Notes under the pieces: model-generated
The model's input: the letters and a program-made list of their open reading frames with translations, nothing else
What the model was told of the DNA's origin: nothing
The model's database searches: none
Assembly (NCBI GenBank): GCA_905182145.1
Contig: CAJJAN010000023.1
Span: forward strand, 16,668 to 80,667
Length of the DNA: 64,000 nucleotides
Source: an uncultured Pelagibacteraceae bacterium
Lineage (GTDB): Bacteria > Pseudomonadota > Alphaproteobacteria > Pelagibacterales > AG-422-B15
Direction: 5' to 3'
Shown here: piece by piece, positions 40,199 to 51,400 of the stretch
Numbering within the stretch: position 1 is the stretch's first letter
How the letters are laid out: each line of letters starts with the position of its first letter
Made by a program: the position numbers and the translations under genes

Positions 40199-42322
40199 AT
40201 GCAGCAACCAGACTTTATAAAAAACATTAAGTCTAAAGATAGTGATGCAAATCAATCTTTAATAGAGAAAGCCTATTTCTTTGCTCTTGAAGCACATAAA
40301 TCTCAAAAAAGATATTCTGGAGATCCATATATATCCCATCCAGTTAAAGTTGCTGAAATACTAACTAATTTAAAATTAGATACAGCAACAATTATCACTG
40401 GTTTACTCCATGACACAGTTGAAGATACTCCAGCATCAATGGAAGAATTAAAAAAAATATTTGGTAACGAAATTGCAAGCTTAGTTGACGGTGTAACCAA
40501 GATTTCAAAAATGAAAACTCATTCAGATGTCAAAAATCAAGCTGAAAATTTTAGAAAGTTAATATTGGCGGTATCAAAAGATATCAGAGTTCTATTGGTG
40601 AAACTGGCTGATAGATTGCATAATATGAGAACTATAAGCTATGTGCCAAATGAAGAAAAAAGAAAGAGAATAGCTTTAGAAACAATGGAAATCTATGCAC
40701 CTTTAGCTGGTAGACTGGGCATGCAATCTTTTAGAGATGAGCTTGAAGACCTATCTTTTCAAATTTTAAATGCAGCTGCCTATACATCTATAAAGAATAG
40801 AGTTGATTATTTAAAAAATAGCAGCAGTAATCTTACTGAAAAAATTAATATTCAAATAGTTAACTTATTAAAAGAAGAGAGTATATTGTGCGAAGTAATA
40901 GGTAGAGAAAAAAAAATTTATTCAATTTGGAATAAGATGCAGCGTAAGGAAATTGCTTTTAGGCAATTATCAGACATATTTGCATACAGAATTATTACTG
41001 ATAATAAAAATGATTGCTACAAGGCCTTGGGAATAATTCATTCTAAGTGGTCAGTAGTACCTGGATCATTTAAAGACTATATTTCAACACCAAAAATCAA
41101 CAACTATAGTTCTCTACATACAACAATTGTAGGACCTCAAAGACAAAGAGTGGAGCTTCAAATTAGAACTAAAGATATGAGTGAAATTGCAGATAGTGGT
41201 ATTGCTGCACATTGGCAATACAAAGATAACTACAACTTAGTAGATGATTCATCTTCTGATCCAATTAATGTAACATGGTTAAGAGACCTAGTTGATATAT
41301 TGGACTCTGGCGCTACTTCAGAAGAATTATTAGAGGCTACAAAATTAGAGATGTTTCAACAGCAGGTGTTTTGTTTTACTCCGAAAGGAGATCTTATTCA
41401 CTTACCAATTAACTCTAATCCAATTGATTTTGCCTACGCTCTTCACTCTGAGATAGGTAATATGTGCATAGGATGTAAAGTTAATGGAAAGTCCCAGCCA
41501 TTATTTGCAAAGCTTCAAAATGGAGATGAAGTAGAAATTTTAACTTCAAAAGGGCAAGAACCATCAGAGGTATGGGAAAATATTGCAACCACTGCAAAAG
41601 CTCAAACTTCTATAAAACGATACTTTAAAAAACAAGAAAACAGTGACTTTGTAGATTTAGGAAAAAGAATATTATTAAACTCACTTGGTTTTTCAAAAGA
41701 GATACCGGAAAATGTTGCCAATGAAATGATGGTTAAATTCAAGAAAAAATCTTTTAATGATTTAATGATATCTATTGGAAGAGGTCATATAAAAAATAAA
41801 GAAATAATAAAATTTAAGCCAAGAAAAAGATTATCTTTTTTTACTAGATACCGAAAAAATCCTAATCAAATTCTTCCATTGGAAATTAAAGGCTTACAGC
41901 CTGGGTTAGCAGTACATTTTGCTGAATGCTGCTTGCCATTGCCTGATGAGAGAATAATCGGTGTTTCAGAAATTGATATTGGTGTGATTATACATAATTC
42001 AAATTGCAAAAAGTTAAATGAAGATTTTTCAGAAGATCTTTGGCTTGCAGCTACCTGGAAAGATATTAGTGAGGAACAATTATTTACTTCGCGAATAAAG
42101 GTATCGGTGGTTAATGAGCCAGGTTCATTAGGAATGCTTGCTACTCATATTGGCAAACATGGTGGGAATATTATTAATTTAAATATTTCAGAGAAAAGTA
42201 ATGATTTTTTTGATATGATATTTGAAATGAATTTAAAAAGTCTTGATCATTTAAATGTTATTATCAAAAATTTGAAAGAACTAGATAGAGTTAGCATGGT
42301 AAAAAGATTATTTATTAATTAG
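40199..42322 (+). CDS. spoT: Bifunctional (p)ppGpp synthetase/hydrolase (RelA/SpoT homolog)
   Basis: 707 aa. HD hydrolase HPVKVA...LLHDTVEDT, synthetase YSSLHTTIVGP...ELQIRTKDMSEIADSGIAAHWQYK, TGS (VFCFTPKGDLI) and a C-terminal ACT-like domain. Confidence 0.95.
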   Translation: MQQPDFIKNIKSKDSDANQSLIEKAYFFALEAHKSQKRYSGDPYISHPVKVAEILTNLKLDTATIITGLLHDTVEDTPASMEELKKIFGNEIASLVDGVTKISKMKTHSDVKNQAENFRKLILAVSKDIRVLLVKLADRLHNMRTISYVPNEEKRKRIALETMEIYAPLAGRLGMQSFRDELEDLSFQILNAAAYTSIKNRVDYLKNSSSNLTEKINIQIVNLLKEESILCEVIGREKKIYSIWNKMQRKEIAFRQLSDIFAYRIITDNKNDCYKALGIIHSKWSVVPGSFKDYISTPKINNYSSLHTTIVGPQRQRVELQIRTKDMSEIADSGIAAHWQYKDNYNLVDDSSSDPINVTWLRDLVDILDSGATSEELLEATKLEMFQQQVFCFTPKGDLIHLPINSNPIDFAYALHSEIGNMCIGCKVNGKSQPLFAKLQNGDEVEILTSKGQEPSEVWENIATTAKAQTSIKRYFKKQENSDFVDLGKRILLNSLGFSKEIPENVANEMMVKFKKKSFNDLMISIGRGHIKNKEIIKFKPRKRLSFFTRYRKNPNQILPLEIKGLQPGLAVHFAECCLPLPDERIIGVSEIDIGVIIHNSNCKKLNEDFSEDLWLAATWKDISEEQLFTSRIKVSVVNEPGSLGMLATHIGKHGGNIINLNISEKSNDFFDMIFEMNLKSLDHLNVIIKNLKELDRVSMVKRLFIN

Positions 42323-42325
42323 ATT

Positions 42326-42904
42326 ATGAAAAAAGAAGAAATAGTAGACATATTAGAAAAAACAGGTGCCATACAACATGGTCATTTCATACTTTCTTCT
42401 GGCAAGAGATCCGCTATTTATTGTCAATGTGCAAAATTATTTATATACCCTGAAATAGCTGAGAAAATCTGCAATGAACTAGCTATCAAAGTTATAAATG
42501 AAATTAAGTTAGATATAGATTATATTGTTGCTCCAGCTATGGGTGGAGTTTTAGTTGGCTACGAACTTGCCAGGCAGCTAAAAACTAAATCTGTTTTCTA
42601 TGAAAGAGTAAACGGTACATTTGAATTAAGAAGAGGGTTTGAGATTGAACCTAATGCTAAAGTTGTCTTAGTTGAGGATGTTATTACTACTGGTAAATCT
42701 GCGAATGAATGCATCATTGAATTAAATAAAATTGGTGTCAACCTATTGGCAACTGTTTGTTTGATAGACAGAACTAATAATGAAAGTGTAATTAAAGATC
42801 CAATCTCTATTCATAGGCTAGATATCCCAATTTATGATGAAGATTCACTTCCAGATGAATTAAAATTAATTAGACCAATTAAACCAGGCAGTAGAGATAT
42901 ATAG
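42326..42904 (+). CDS. pyrE: Orotate phosphoribosyltransferase
   Basis: 192 aa. HGHFILSSGKRS and PRPP-binding VVLVEDVITTGKS. Confidence 0.93.
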   Translation: MKKEEIVDILEKTGAIQHGHFILSSGKRSAIYCQCAKLFIYPEIAEKICNELAIKVINEIKLDIDYIVAPAMGGVLVGYELARQLKTKSVFYERVNGTFELRRGFEIEPNAKVVLVEDVITTGKSANECIIELNKIGVNLLATVCLIDRTNNESVIKDPISIHRLDIPIYDEDSLPDELKLIRPIKPGSRDI

Positions 42905-42908
42905 TCAT

Positions 42909-43640
42909 ATGTCTAATGCAAGACTTGGAGTTAATATAGATCATGTTGCAACTGTTAGAAATGCAAGGGGTGAAGGCTATCCTAGCCCATTAAGGGCAGC
43001 TTTAGACGCAGAGCTTTATGGTGCAGACGGTATTACTGCACATCTTAGAGAGGATAGAAGACATATAGTTGATAAAGACATAGAAGATTTGGTTGATAAC
43101 CTACAGATTCCATTGAACTTAGAAATGGCTGCAACAGAAGAAATGCTTTTAATAGCATTAAAGCATAAACCTAATGCATGTTGCATAGTTCCTGAGAAAA
43201 GAGCAGAAGTTACAACTGAAGGGGGTATAGATACAGTTAAAAATTTTAAAACCTTAAAAGATTATACTTCTCAGTTAAAAGACAATGGTTCAAGAGTATC
43301 ATTGTTTGTCGATGCTGATAAAATACAAATTGATAATTGTATGGAAATAGGTGCTGATATTGTAGAAATACACACTGGAAAATATTGTCAACTTATTGAA
43401 ACCGGTAGCACTATTGCAGATTCAGAATTGAATAAAATTATGGCTATATCAAAATATTCAGAAAGTATTGGTTTGGAGGTTCATGCGGGACATGGTATTA
43501 CTTTCAATTCAATAAAGCCTTTAGCAAAGATTCAATCTGTAAAAGAGTTTAATATTGGACACTTTATAATCGGTGAGTCAATTTTTATGGGTTTAGAAAA
43601 AACTATTAAAAAAATGAAATCTTTAATTTTAGAAAGTTAA
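42909..43640 (+). CDS. pdxJ: Pyridoxine 5'-phosphate synthase
   Basis: 243 aa. LGVNIDHVATVRNARG and HLREDRRHI motifs. Confidence 0.96.
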   Translation: MSNARLGVNIDHVATVRNARGEGYPSPLRAALDAELYGADGITAHLREDRRHIVDKDIEDLVDNLQIPLNLEMAATEEMLLIALKHKPNACCIVPEKRAEVTTEGGIDTVKNFKTLKDYTSQLKDNGSRVSLFVDADKIQIDNCMEIGADIVEIHTGKYCQLIETGSTIADSELNKIMAISKYSESIGLEVHAGHGITFNSIKPLAKIQSVKEFNIGHFIIGESIFMGLEKTIKKMKSLILES

Positions 43641-43643
43641 TAA

Positions 43644-44033
43644 ATGATTGGTATTGGTACTGATATTCTAGATATTAGAAGAATAGAAAAAACTATTAAT
43701 CGTTTTGGTAATCGATTTAAGAAAAGAATATTTACACAAAATGAGATTAAAAAATGTGAAGCTAGAAAGTTATCAGCTAATTGTTATGCAAAAAGATACG
43801 CAGCTAAAGAAGCTGCATCCAAAGCGCTTGGTACTGGCTTTCGCAAAGGTGTTTTTTGGAAAGATTTAGAGGTTAGTAATTTACCTTCCGGTCAACCTAC
43901 AATAATTTTTCATAACGGTGCAAAAGATTACTTAGCTTATTTGACTCCAGCTAAAAAAGAGGCACTTATAAACCTTACTATTACTGATGAGTACCCTTAT
44001 GCTCAAGCTATTGTAATTATTGAAAGTAATTAA
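43644..44033 (+). CDS. acpS: Holo-[acyl-carrier-protein] synthase
   Basis: 129 aa. IGIGTDILDIRRIEK and YAAKEAASKALGTG motifs. Confidence 0.94.
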   Translation: MIGIGTDILDIRRIEKTINRFGNRFKKRIFTQNEIKKCEARKLSANCYAKRYAAKEAASKALGTGFRKGVFWKDLEVSNLPSGQPTIIFHNGAKDYLAYLTPAKKEALINLTITDEYPYAQAIVIIESN

Positions 44034-44039
44034 ACAACT

Positions 44040-44771
44040 ATGAATCAATCAACATCTTTTGAATGGATAAAGTCAAATGTATTGTCACTATTTTATGCAG
44101 TATTAATAGCCGTTGTAATTAGAACTTTTTTCTTCCAAGCATTTTTTATACCCTCTTCATCAATGGAACCATCTCTTTTAGTTGGAGATAGAATATTTGT
44201 ATCAAAATTTACATACGGTTACAGTAAGCATTCACTTCCTTTTAGTCTGTCCTTGATATCAGATAGAATTTTCTTCTCAGAACCTAAGCGTGGAGACACA
44301 ATAGTATTTAAGACACCAGAAAATTTAAGAATAGATTACATAAAGAGGTTAGTCGGATTACCTGGAGATAAAATTCAAATGATTGATGGAATACTTCATA
44401 TTAATGACACACCTATAAAAAGAGAAAAGATAAGAGAGGAGACTAAAATTATTAATAGTGGCCAAGTGCTAACTGCTTCTGTTTATAGAGAATTTTTTCC
44501 CAATGGAAGATCATTTGAAACTTTCGATATGGGTAATACTAGAGCTGACAATACTAAAGTATTTAATGTCCCTAAAGATGAATATTTTTTTATGGGAGAT
44601 AATAGAGATAATTCAAAAGATAGTAGATTTATAGGCTCAGTACCAAAAGACAACTTGGTTGGAAAAGCTCAGATAATATTTTTTGCAACTGAAGGTGGTT
44701 CTACAATTTTAGAATTTTGGAGATGGCCTTTTGATATCCAGCTTAATAGAATATTCAAAATTATTAATTGA
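44040..44771 (+). CDS. lepB: Signal peptidase I
   Basis: 243 aa. Catalytic SSSMEPSLLVGD, YIKRLVGLPGD and GDNRDNSKDSR boxes. Confidence 0.95.
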   Translation: MNQSTSFEWIKSNVLSLFYAVLIAVVIRTFFFQAFFIPSSSMEPSLLVGDRIFVSKFTYGYSKHSLPFSLSLISDRIFFSEPKRGDTIVFKTPENLRIDYIKRLVGLPGDKIQMIDGILHINDTPIKREKIREETKIINSGQVLTASVYREFFPNGRSFETFDMGNTRADNTKVFNVPKDEYFFMGDNRDNSKDSRFIGSVPKDNLVGKAQIIFFATEGGSTILEFWRWPFDIQLNRIFKIIN

Positions 44772-44773
44772 TC

Positions 44774-45442
44774 ATGGAAATTGAACTTTTAGAGAAACAC
44801 ATCTCATATACCTTTAAAGATAAAGATATTTTAAAAAGGGCACTTACACACAAAAGTACAATGATGTCTATGCACAATGAACAGTATGAATTTTTAGGTG
44901 ACCGTGTATTGGGATTAGTAATTTCTGAAACATTACTTAAAAACTATGATCAAATATCTGAAGGTAATTTAGATAAAGTATTTAGTACTTTAGTAAATAA
45001 GGATATATGTGCAGAAGTAGCACTAGGAATTAATTTAGGAGATTTTTTAATTTTAGGAAAAACTGAAATTGCTTCAGAAGGAAAGAATAAGTTAGGTATA
45101 TTAGCCGATGCGTGTGAGGCCTTGATAGCTTCTATCTATCTAGATGGTGGCTTTACTGCAGCTAAAAACTTCATAATTGATAATTGGACTAAGTACTTCA
45201 ACTCGATTGATTTAGACTTCAAAGACCCAAAATCTGCACTTCAAGAATGGAGCTTAAAAAGATACAAAAGATTGCCAGAATATAATTTGATTAAGCAGGA
45301 AGGGCCCGCTCATTCTCCTACTTTTAAGGTAAATGTAAAGTTTGATAATTACAAAGAAGCTATGGCTACATCAGGTAACATTAAAGATGCTGAAAAAAAA
45401 GCTGCGATTGAATTTATTAAACTGAATGAATTAGAGATTTAA
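44774..45442 (+). CDS. rnc: Ribonuclease III
   Basis: YTFKDKDILKRALTHKS, ...YEFLGDRVL and a C-terminal dsRBD. The ATG at 44774 is preferred. The track start at 44768 is a TTG overlapping the lepB stop and cannot be excluded. Confidence 0.93.
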   Translation: MEIELLEKHISYTFKDKDILKRALTHKSTMMSMHNEQYEFLGDRVLGLVISETLLKNYDQISEGNLDKVFSTLVNKDICAEVALGINLGDFLILGKTEIASEGKNKLGILADACEALIASIYLDGGFTAAKNFIIDNWTKYFNSIDLDFKDPKSALQEWSLKRYKRLPEYNLIKQEGPAHSPTFKVNVKFDNYKEAMATSGNIKDAEKKAAIEFIKLNELEI

Positions 45443-45447
45443 TTATT

Positions 45448-46296
45448 ATGAAAAGTGGAACAATCTTACTTTTAGGAGCAACAAACTCAGGTAAATCTAC
45501 TTTAGTTAATCAAATTGTTGGCAAAAGAGTTTCGATGGTGTCTAGAAAGAAACAATCAACTACTTTTAATCAAAAAGCAGTAAAAAATATTTCAGAAACT
45601 GAATTTATTCTTCAAGATACACCAGGTATTTATTCAGCTAAAACAAAAATTAGCAACAAAATGACTAATACAGCTTTTTCAGCAATTGATGAGGCTAACT
45701 TAGTTTTAGTTGTGGTTGATTCAGGTTCAACTAAGAATAGTGAAATTGATAAGATAATCAAAACTTTAAATGAGTCCAATCAATCAAGTAAGATTTTCTT
45801 AGTATTAAACAAGATTGATAAAGTTAGCCGAGAAACAGTACTAGAAAAGATTAAAGCTTTAGGTGATATGAATTTATTTGAAGAAATTTTTCCTATTTCA
45901 GCACTTATAGGTGATGGTGTTCAAGAAATGTTAGATATAATAAAAAACTACCTACCAAAAGGTGAAAAACAATTTTCTAACAAAAAAACTCTTTTTGTTA
46001 AAAAAGATGTTTATTATACTGAGGTAACAAGAGAGAAGCTTTATGATAGAACTCATAAAGAGATTCCATATGAATGCAAAATTACAACTGATAAAGTTTC
46101 AAATTCTAAAAGTGCAATTACTATTCATCAAACTATACATATTAACAAAAAATCACATAAATATATTTTAGTTGGGAACAAAGGCAGCAATTTAAAATCT
46201 ATAGGTGAGTCATCTAGAAAAGAAATTTCAAAGTTTATGAATAAAAAAGTAAATTTATTTTTGTTTGTAAAGTTAACAAGTGTAAATAAATCGTGA
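45448..46296 (+). CDS. era: GTPase Era
   Basis: 282 aa. G1 GATNSGKST, G3 DTPG, G4 NKID and a C-terminal KH-like LVGNKGSNLKSIG. Confidence 0.9.
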   Translation: MKSGTILLLGATNSGKSTLVNQIVGKRVSMVSRKKQSTTFNQKAVKNISETEFILQDTPGIYSAKTKISNKMTNTAFSAIDEANLVLVVVDSGSTKNSEIDKIIKTLNESNQSSKIFLVLNKIDKVSRETVLEKIKALGDMNLFEEIFPISALIGDGVQEMLDIIKNYLPKGEKQFSNKKTLFVKKDVYYTEVTREKLYDRTHKEIPYECKITTDKVSNSKSAITIHQTIHINKKSHKYILVGNKGSNLKSIGESSRKEISKFMNKKVNLFLFVKLTSVNKS

Positions 46297-47015
46297 GATG
46301 GTCAAGTGAAGGTTTCGTTTTAAGTCTAAAGCCACACAACGAAAAATCATATATCTTAGAAGTATTAACTCGTGAACATGGTAAACATAAAGGGCTTATA
46401 AGGGGTGTTCATTCAAAAAATATTAGATCTATAATTGAACCTGGAAACGAAATTACCGCTCATTGGTCGGGCAGGCTAGAAACGCACTTAGGTAATTATT
46501 CTGTTGAAGGAATTAAGTCATGGTCTTCGTTAATATTAAATGAACGAGAGAAACTATGTGCTTTGACTGCTGCCTGTAGTTTAATTACAAACACTCTTGC
46601 AGAAAAGCAACCAAATGAAGCTATATATACAGGACTTAAATTCTTAATACAGATACTAACCTCAACTAATAAGGATTGGATCAAAGATTATATAATCTGG
46701 GAATTAAACTTGCTAACTGAAATTGGTTATGGGTTAGACCTATCAAGATGTGCAGTTACTAGTGAAAAAGATAATTTAGTTTACGTCTCTCCTTCAACTG
46801 GTTCTGCAGTAACTAAAGCTGGCGCAGGCGAATACAAGAATAAATTGCTAAAACTTCCTAGTTTTCTAATTGATCAAAAAACTTCTATTTCTAAAGAAGA
46901 TATTATTGATGGTTTAATTCTCAGTGAGTTTTTTTTAAAGAAATGGTTCTTTTCTCCAAATAATCTTAATTTCCCTGAATCAAGGAATCGCCTTAAAGAT
47001 ATGTTTGGAAGTTAA
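46293..47015 (+). CDS. recO: DNA repair protein RecO
   Basis: 240 aa with a GTG start in a GTGA overlap with era. EGFVLSLKPHNEKSYILEVLTREHGKHKGLIRG start, at the conserved rnc-era-recO position. Confidence 0.88.
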   Translation: MRWSSEGFVLSLKPHNEKSYILEVLTREHGKHKGLIRGVHSKNIRSIIEPGNEITAHWSGRLETHLGNYSVEGIKSWSSLILNEREKLCALTAACSLITNTLAEKQPNEAIYTGLKFLIQILTSTNKDWIKDYIIWELNLLTEIGYGLDLSRCAVTSEKDNLVYVSPSTGSAVTKAGAGEYKNKLLKLPSFLIDQKTSISKEDIIDGLILSEFFLKKWFFSPNNLNFPESRNRLKDMFGS

Positions 47016-47021
47016 GTCATT

Positions 47022-49235
47022 ATGAGAGAAAAAAAAATACAATTTACACAAGCCTTAGAAGAAAGATATTTGGCCTACGCTTTATCAACTATTACACATA
47101 GGGCACTCCCAGATGTAAGAGATGGACTTAAGCCTGTTCATCGAAGATTACTATATGCCATGTCTCAGTTGAGACTAGGCTCAGGAACCGGTTTTAAAAA
47201 ATCAGCTAGAATTGTAGGTGATGTAATAGGTAAGTACCATCCCCATGGAGATCAATCAGTTTATGACGCCTTGGTAAGATTAGCACAAGAATTTTCTACT
47301 CGATATCTATTGATAAATGGACAAGGGAATTTTGGAAATATTGATGGTGATAATGCAGCAGCAATGCGTTACACCGAAGCAAAATTAACATCAATATCTG
47401 AATTGATGTTACAAGATATTGCCGAAGAAACTGTAGACTTTATTAAAACTTATGATGGTACAGAGAGTGAGCCAATGGTTTTACCCTGCGCATTTCCAAA
47501 TCTTTTAGCTAACGGCTCATCAGGTATAGCAGTTGGTATGGCAACAAATATTCCACCACATAATATAGGTGAAATCTCTAAGGCCTTGATTAAGCTTTTA
47601 AAGAATCCAAATACAACAGTTTCTCAATTAATGACTATTATTCCTGGGCCTGATTTCCCAACTGGTGGTGAAATTATTGACAGCAATTCTCTAATTAAAG
47701 AAGCGTATTCAAAAGGGAAAGGCTCTTTAAGGCTAAGAGCCAAATGGCATGAAGAGAGCCTTGGGCGAGGCCAATATCAGATAGTTATTACAGAAATTCC
47801 TTATCAGGTTAATAAATCAAGAATAATAGAAAAAATTTCAGAACTTATTGATAATAAAAAGATTAATTACCTTGAAACAATTCAAGATGAATCAGCTGAA
47901 GATATTAGAATTGTCTTACTTCCAAAAACTAGAAATATAAAGGCAAACGTAATCATTGAGGATATTTGCAAAGTCTCAGATTTAGAAACTAGGTTTTCTA
48001 TCAATATGAATGCTATAAATGCAAAATTTGAACCAAAACTTTTTAATCTCAAAGAAATTCTTAATTCATTTATAGGTCATAGATTTGAGATATTAAAAAG
48101 AAGAACAAATTATCGCTTAGCTCAAACTGAAAATAGAATTGAAATTCTTAAAGGGTTTCTTATTGTATATAAAAACTTAGAAAAAATTATAAAGATAATA
48201 AGAACTGATAATGATCCTGAAAAAAAACTGATCACTACATTTAAGTTTACCAAAAGACAAGTTGAAGCTGTATTAGCGATGAGATTAAGACAATTAAAAA
48301 AACTAGAAGAAAAAGATATAAAATTAGAATATCAAGAATTAGTAGATTATCGAAAAGAATTAAATTTGATTTTAAAATCTAAGATTAAACAATCATCAAT
48401 TCTTAATGAAGAATTCAACAATATTTTAGATAAATATAATAAATCGTCTTATGAAGGAAAAAGAAGAACGATTATAAATAACGATTATAAGACTGTCGAA
48501 TATTCAATAGATGAATTTGATAGCAAGGAGCCAGTTTCAATTATTTGTTCACACAACGGCTGGATTAAGTCAATTAAAGGACATCAGGATGATTATAATA
48601 ATGTTAAATATAAAGACGGAGATAAATCAAAGTTTATTATTCAATGTAAAAATAATGACAAGCTTCTATTATTTTCATCTCTAGGAAAATTCTATACACT
48701 GAATTGCTCTAAGATTACAACAGGGCGTGGTTTTGGCGAGCCAGTTAGTGTTGTAGTTGATAAGTCCGATAATGAAGAAGTAGTTGAATTATTTGTTTTT
48801 AACGAAAATGAAAATTATCTTATTGCTAGCACTTCTGGCAAAGGATTTATTGTTAACACTTCTGATTTAATTGCTTCAACTCGATCAGGAAAAAAAATAA
48901 TGAATTTAAAACAAGGTGATAAATCTATCTCTTGTAACAGCGCTTCTGGTAACTTTATAGGAGTTATAAGTGGAGATAAAAAATCATTAAAGTTCTTAAC
49001 CTATAAATTATCAGAAATACCACAAATGCAAAAGGGTAGAGGTATAACCCTTCAGAAGTTTAAAGTAGGAAAAACATGTTATGCGTTTACTTATGAAAAA
49101 AATAAAGGCATTACTTTCAATAGCTCTAATCGTAAGCCAATTCCATTTAATGATCTAAAACCATGGCTTGGTAAAAGAGCACAAGCAGGAAAAATTCAAC
49201 CAAAAAACTTACTTAATAGACTACTAGATAAATAA
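47022..49235 (+). CDS. parC: DNA topoisomerase IV subunit A
   Basis: 737 aa. [21 protein letters not shown] and active-site [11 protein letters not shown] saw no GyrA-box (QRRGGKG-type) in the C-terminal domain, which favours ParC over GyrA. Confidence 0.88.
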   Translation: MREKKIQFTQALEERYLAYALSTITHRALPDVRDGLKPVHRRLLYAMSQLRLGSGTGFKKSARIVGDVIGKYHPHGDQSVYDALVRLAQEFSTRYLLINGQGNFGNIDGDNAAAMRYTEAKLTSISELMLQDIAEETVDFIKTYDGTESEPMVLPCAFPNLLANGSSGIAVGMATNIPPHNIGEISKALIKLLKNPNTTVSQLMTIIPGPDFPTGGEIIDSNSLIKEAYSKGKGSLRLRAKWHEESLGRGQYQIVITEIPYQVNKSRIIEKISELIDNKKINYLETIQDESAEDIRIVLLPKTRNIKANVIIEDICKVSDLETRFSINMNAINAKFEPKLFNLKEILNSFIGHRFEILKRRTNYRLAQTENRIEILKGFLIVYKNLEKIIKIIRTDNDPEKKLITTFKFTKRQVEAVLAMRLRQLKKLEEKDIKLEYQELVDYRKELNLILKSKIKQSSILNEEFNNILDKYNKSSYEGKRRTIINNDYKTVEYSIDEFDSKEPVSIICSHNGWIKSIKGHQDDYNNVKYKDGDKSKFIIQCKNNDKLLLFSSLGKFYTLNCSKITTGRGFGEPVSVVVDKSDNEEVVELFVFNENENYLIASTSGKGFIVNTSDLIASTRSGKKIMNLKQGDKSISCNSASGNFIGVISGDKKSLKFLTYKLSEIPQMQKGRGITLQKFKVGKTCYAFTYEKNKGITFNSSNRKPIPFNDLKPWLGKRAQAGKIQPKNLLNRLLDK

Positions 49236-49254
49236 AAATTAGTTATAATTAGCT

Positions 49255-50544
49255 ATGCAAGATTATCCAAATAGTTATTACATAGACAGCTTAGATAGAA
49301 ATCTTATTCAGCATCCATCTCTATTAGATAGCCTTGAATGCGACTTATGTATAATCGGAGGAGGATTTACAGGTCTATCCACAGCTATTGAAGCGTCTAA
49401 AAAAGGATTAAAAGTGATCTTGCTTGAGCAAAATAAAATTGCTTGGGGGGCTTCTGGTAGAAATGGAGGTCAGATAGGAATAGATATTTCCAGTGGTGTT
49501 CAAAATCTAGAAAAAAAATATGGCTTTGAAACTGTTAAGAATTTATGGAATGTATCATTAGATGCAGTGAAATTAATTGATCAAAGAATTGATGAATTCA
49601 AAATTCAATGCGATAAAAAAACTGGTAACCTATCTGTAGCTACAAATCATTCAACTGTAAAAGATTTTGAAAGCGAAATAGATTATTATCAAAATAAATT
49701 AGATTATCATTCAACAAGGATTCTCACTAGAGACGAAGTCACAGAGGCAGTTGGATCAAATAGATATTTTGGCGGTCACTTGCAAAAAGATGGTGGACAT
49801 TTACACCCATTAAAATATGCGCTTGGTTTAGCCGATGCAGCACTATCAATGAATGTAAATATATACGAAGATTCAAAAGTAATTAAAATAAATGAGAAAA
49901 AAAATTATGTTGAAGTATTAACTTCGAATGGTTCCGTTAAAGCTAAAAATATTGCTTTGTGCTGTAATGCATATTTAGAGGAGATTGATGCTGGCATTAA
50001 GAGTAAGATAATGCCTATTATAAATTATATGATTGCAACTAAGCCAATAAGTAATGATTTGCAGAAAACTATTCTCCCCAGTGACTATTGTGTATGTGAT
50101 ACAAATTTTGATTTAAACTATTATCGGCTATCTTCAGATAAACGTATGATTTTTGGAGGTGGTGTTAGCTATTCTCTTAAACACTCTGAAAAACTTGCTA
50201 AACGGACAGAACAAAGAATGCTTAAAGTATTTCCATCGTTATCTAAAGAAAAAGCAGAATATATTTGGGGAGGTTATGTGGGAATAACTGTAAATAGAAC
50301 TCCTGATATAGGCCAAACAAGCTCTAGAATTTTTTATGCCCATGGATTTTCAGGTCATGGAGTTGCACTTACAGGGATTGCGGGTAAAATTATTGCAAAT
50401 TCTATTTTTTCAGGAGAAAAAGGTGCACTTGAAACATTTGAAAAAATTAAGCATAAAAATTTTCCTGGTGGGAGATTATTTAGGATGCCCCTCCTTGTTA
50501 CAATAAGCGCACTTCAAAGAATGACTGATATTTTTAATGCATAA
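49255..50544 (+). CDS. FAD-dependent oxidoreductase, PuuB/OrdL (gamma-glutamylputrescine oxidase)-like
   Basis: 429 aa. Dinucleotide fold DLCIIGGGFTGLSTA, GASGRNGGQ, YYRLSSDKRMIFGGG and GFSGHGV. Colinear with E. coli PuuB as I recall it. Confidence 0.85.
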   Translation: MQDYPNSYYIDSLDRNLIQHPSLLDSLECDLCIIGGGFTGLSTAIEASKKGLKVILLEQNKIAWGASGRNGGQIGIDISSGVQNLEKKYGFETVKNLWNVSLDAVKLIDQRIDEFKIQCDKKTGNLSVATNHSTVKDFESEIDYYQNKLDYHSTRILTRDEVTEAVGSNRYFGGHLQKDGGHLHPLKYALGLADAALSMNVNIYEDSKVIKINEKKNYVEVLTSNGSVKAKNIALCCNAYLEEIDAGIKSKIMPIINYMIATKPISNDLQKTILPSDYCVCDTNFDLNYYRLSSDKRMIFGGGVSYSLKHSEKLAKRTEQRMLKVFPSLSKEKAEYIWGGYVGITVNRTPDIGQTSSRIFYAHGFSGHGVALTGIAGKIIANSIFSGEKGALETFEKIKHKNFPGGRLFRMPLLVTISALQRMTDIFNA

Positions 50545-51400
50545 AATTCTTTTTATAGGATTGGGAACTATGGGCTACCCAATGGCAGGACATCTTAGTA
50601 AAATTAATGAAGTGACAGTTTATAATAGAACTGTATCTAAATCGCAAAAGTGGATTAAGGAGCATAATGGTAAATTTATTTCAAAATTATCAGAAATTGA
50701 AGAACGATTTGATTTTGTTATTTCATGTATTGGAAATGATAATGATTTAATAGAAATAACTACTTCTAAAAACGGTTGCTTTAAAAATCTCAATAGAGAC
50801 TCAATATTTATTGATCATTCGACTGTTTCACCTAAATTAGTAAAAAAAATTTCTGAAGACGCCGAAAAAGTTGGAATAAAATTTCTTGATGCTCCTATTT
50901 CAGGAGGTGAAGCTGGAGCAATTAACGGAGCTTTAAGTATTATGATCGGTGGTAAGTTAAAAACCTATAACGATTCAGAGGAATTACTTCATGCTTATGG
51001 AAAAAAGATTAAATTCATGGGCCAGTCTGGATCAGGACAGCTAACAAAAATTATAAACCAAATCTGTATTGCAGGATTAGTTCAAGGACTAGCTGAAGCA
51101 GTTCATTTTATGAAAAAAACTGATTTAAGTGCAGACGATGTTTTGGATGTAATTTCAGGTGGAGCCGCACAGTCTTGGCAACTTGACAATCGTTTAAAAA
51201 CAATGTCAGAAGATAAATTTAACTTTGGATTTGCTGTTGATCTAATGAGAAAAGATTTAGGCATTGCTTTTGATCAAGCTAAAGACTTTGGAATTAATTT
51301 AGATGTTACAAAAATTGTTGATCAGTATTATTTAGAGTTACAAAAGATGGGACATAATAAACTTGATACATCAAGTTTAGTAAAAAGATTAACTGAATAA
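50537..51400 (+). CDS. NAD(P)-dependent beta-hydroxyacid dehydrogenase (3-hydroxyisobutyrate dehydrogenase family)
   Basis: 287 aa. Rossmann FIGLGTMGYPMAGHL, DAPISGGEAGA and GSGQLTKIINQ motifs. 8-nt overlap with the upstream oxidase gene. Confidence 0.85.
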   Translation: MHKILFIGLGTMGYPMAGHLSKINEVTVYNRTVSKSQKWIKEHNGKFISKLSEIEERFDFVISCIGNDNDLIEITTSKNGCFKNLNRDSIFIDHSTVSPKLVKKISEDAEKVGIKFLDAPISGGEAGAINGALSIMIGGKLKTYNDSEELLHAYGKKIKFMGQSGSGQLTKIINQICIAGLVQGLAEAVHFMKKTDLSADDVLDVISGGAAQSWQLDNRLKTMSEDKFNFGFAVDLMRKDLGIAFDQAKDFGINLDVTKIVDQYYLELQKMGHNKLDTSSLVKRLTE

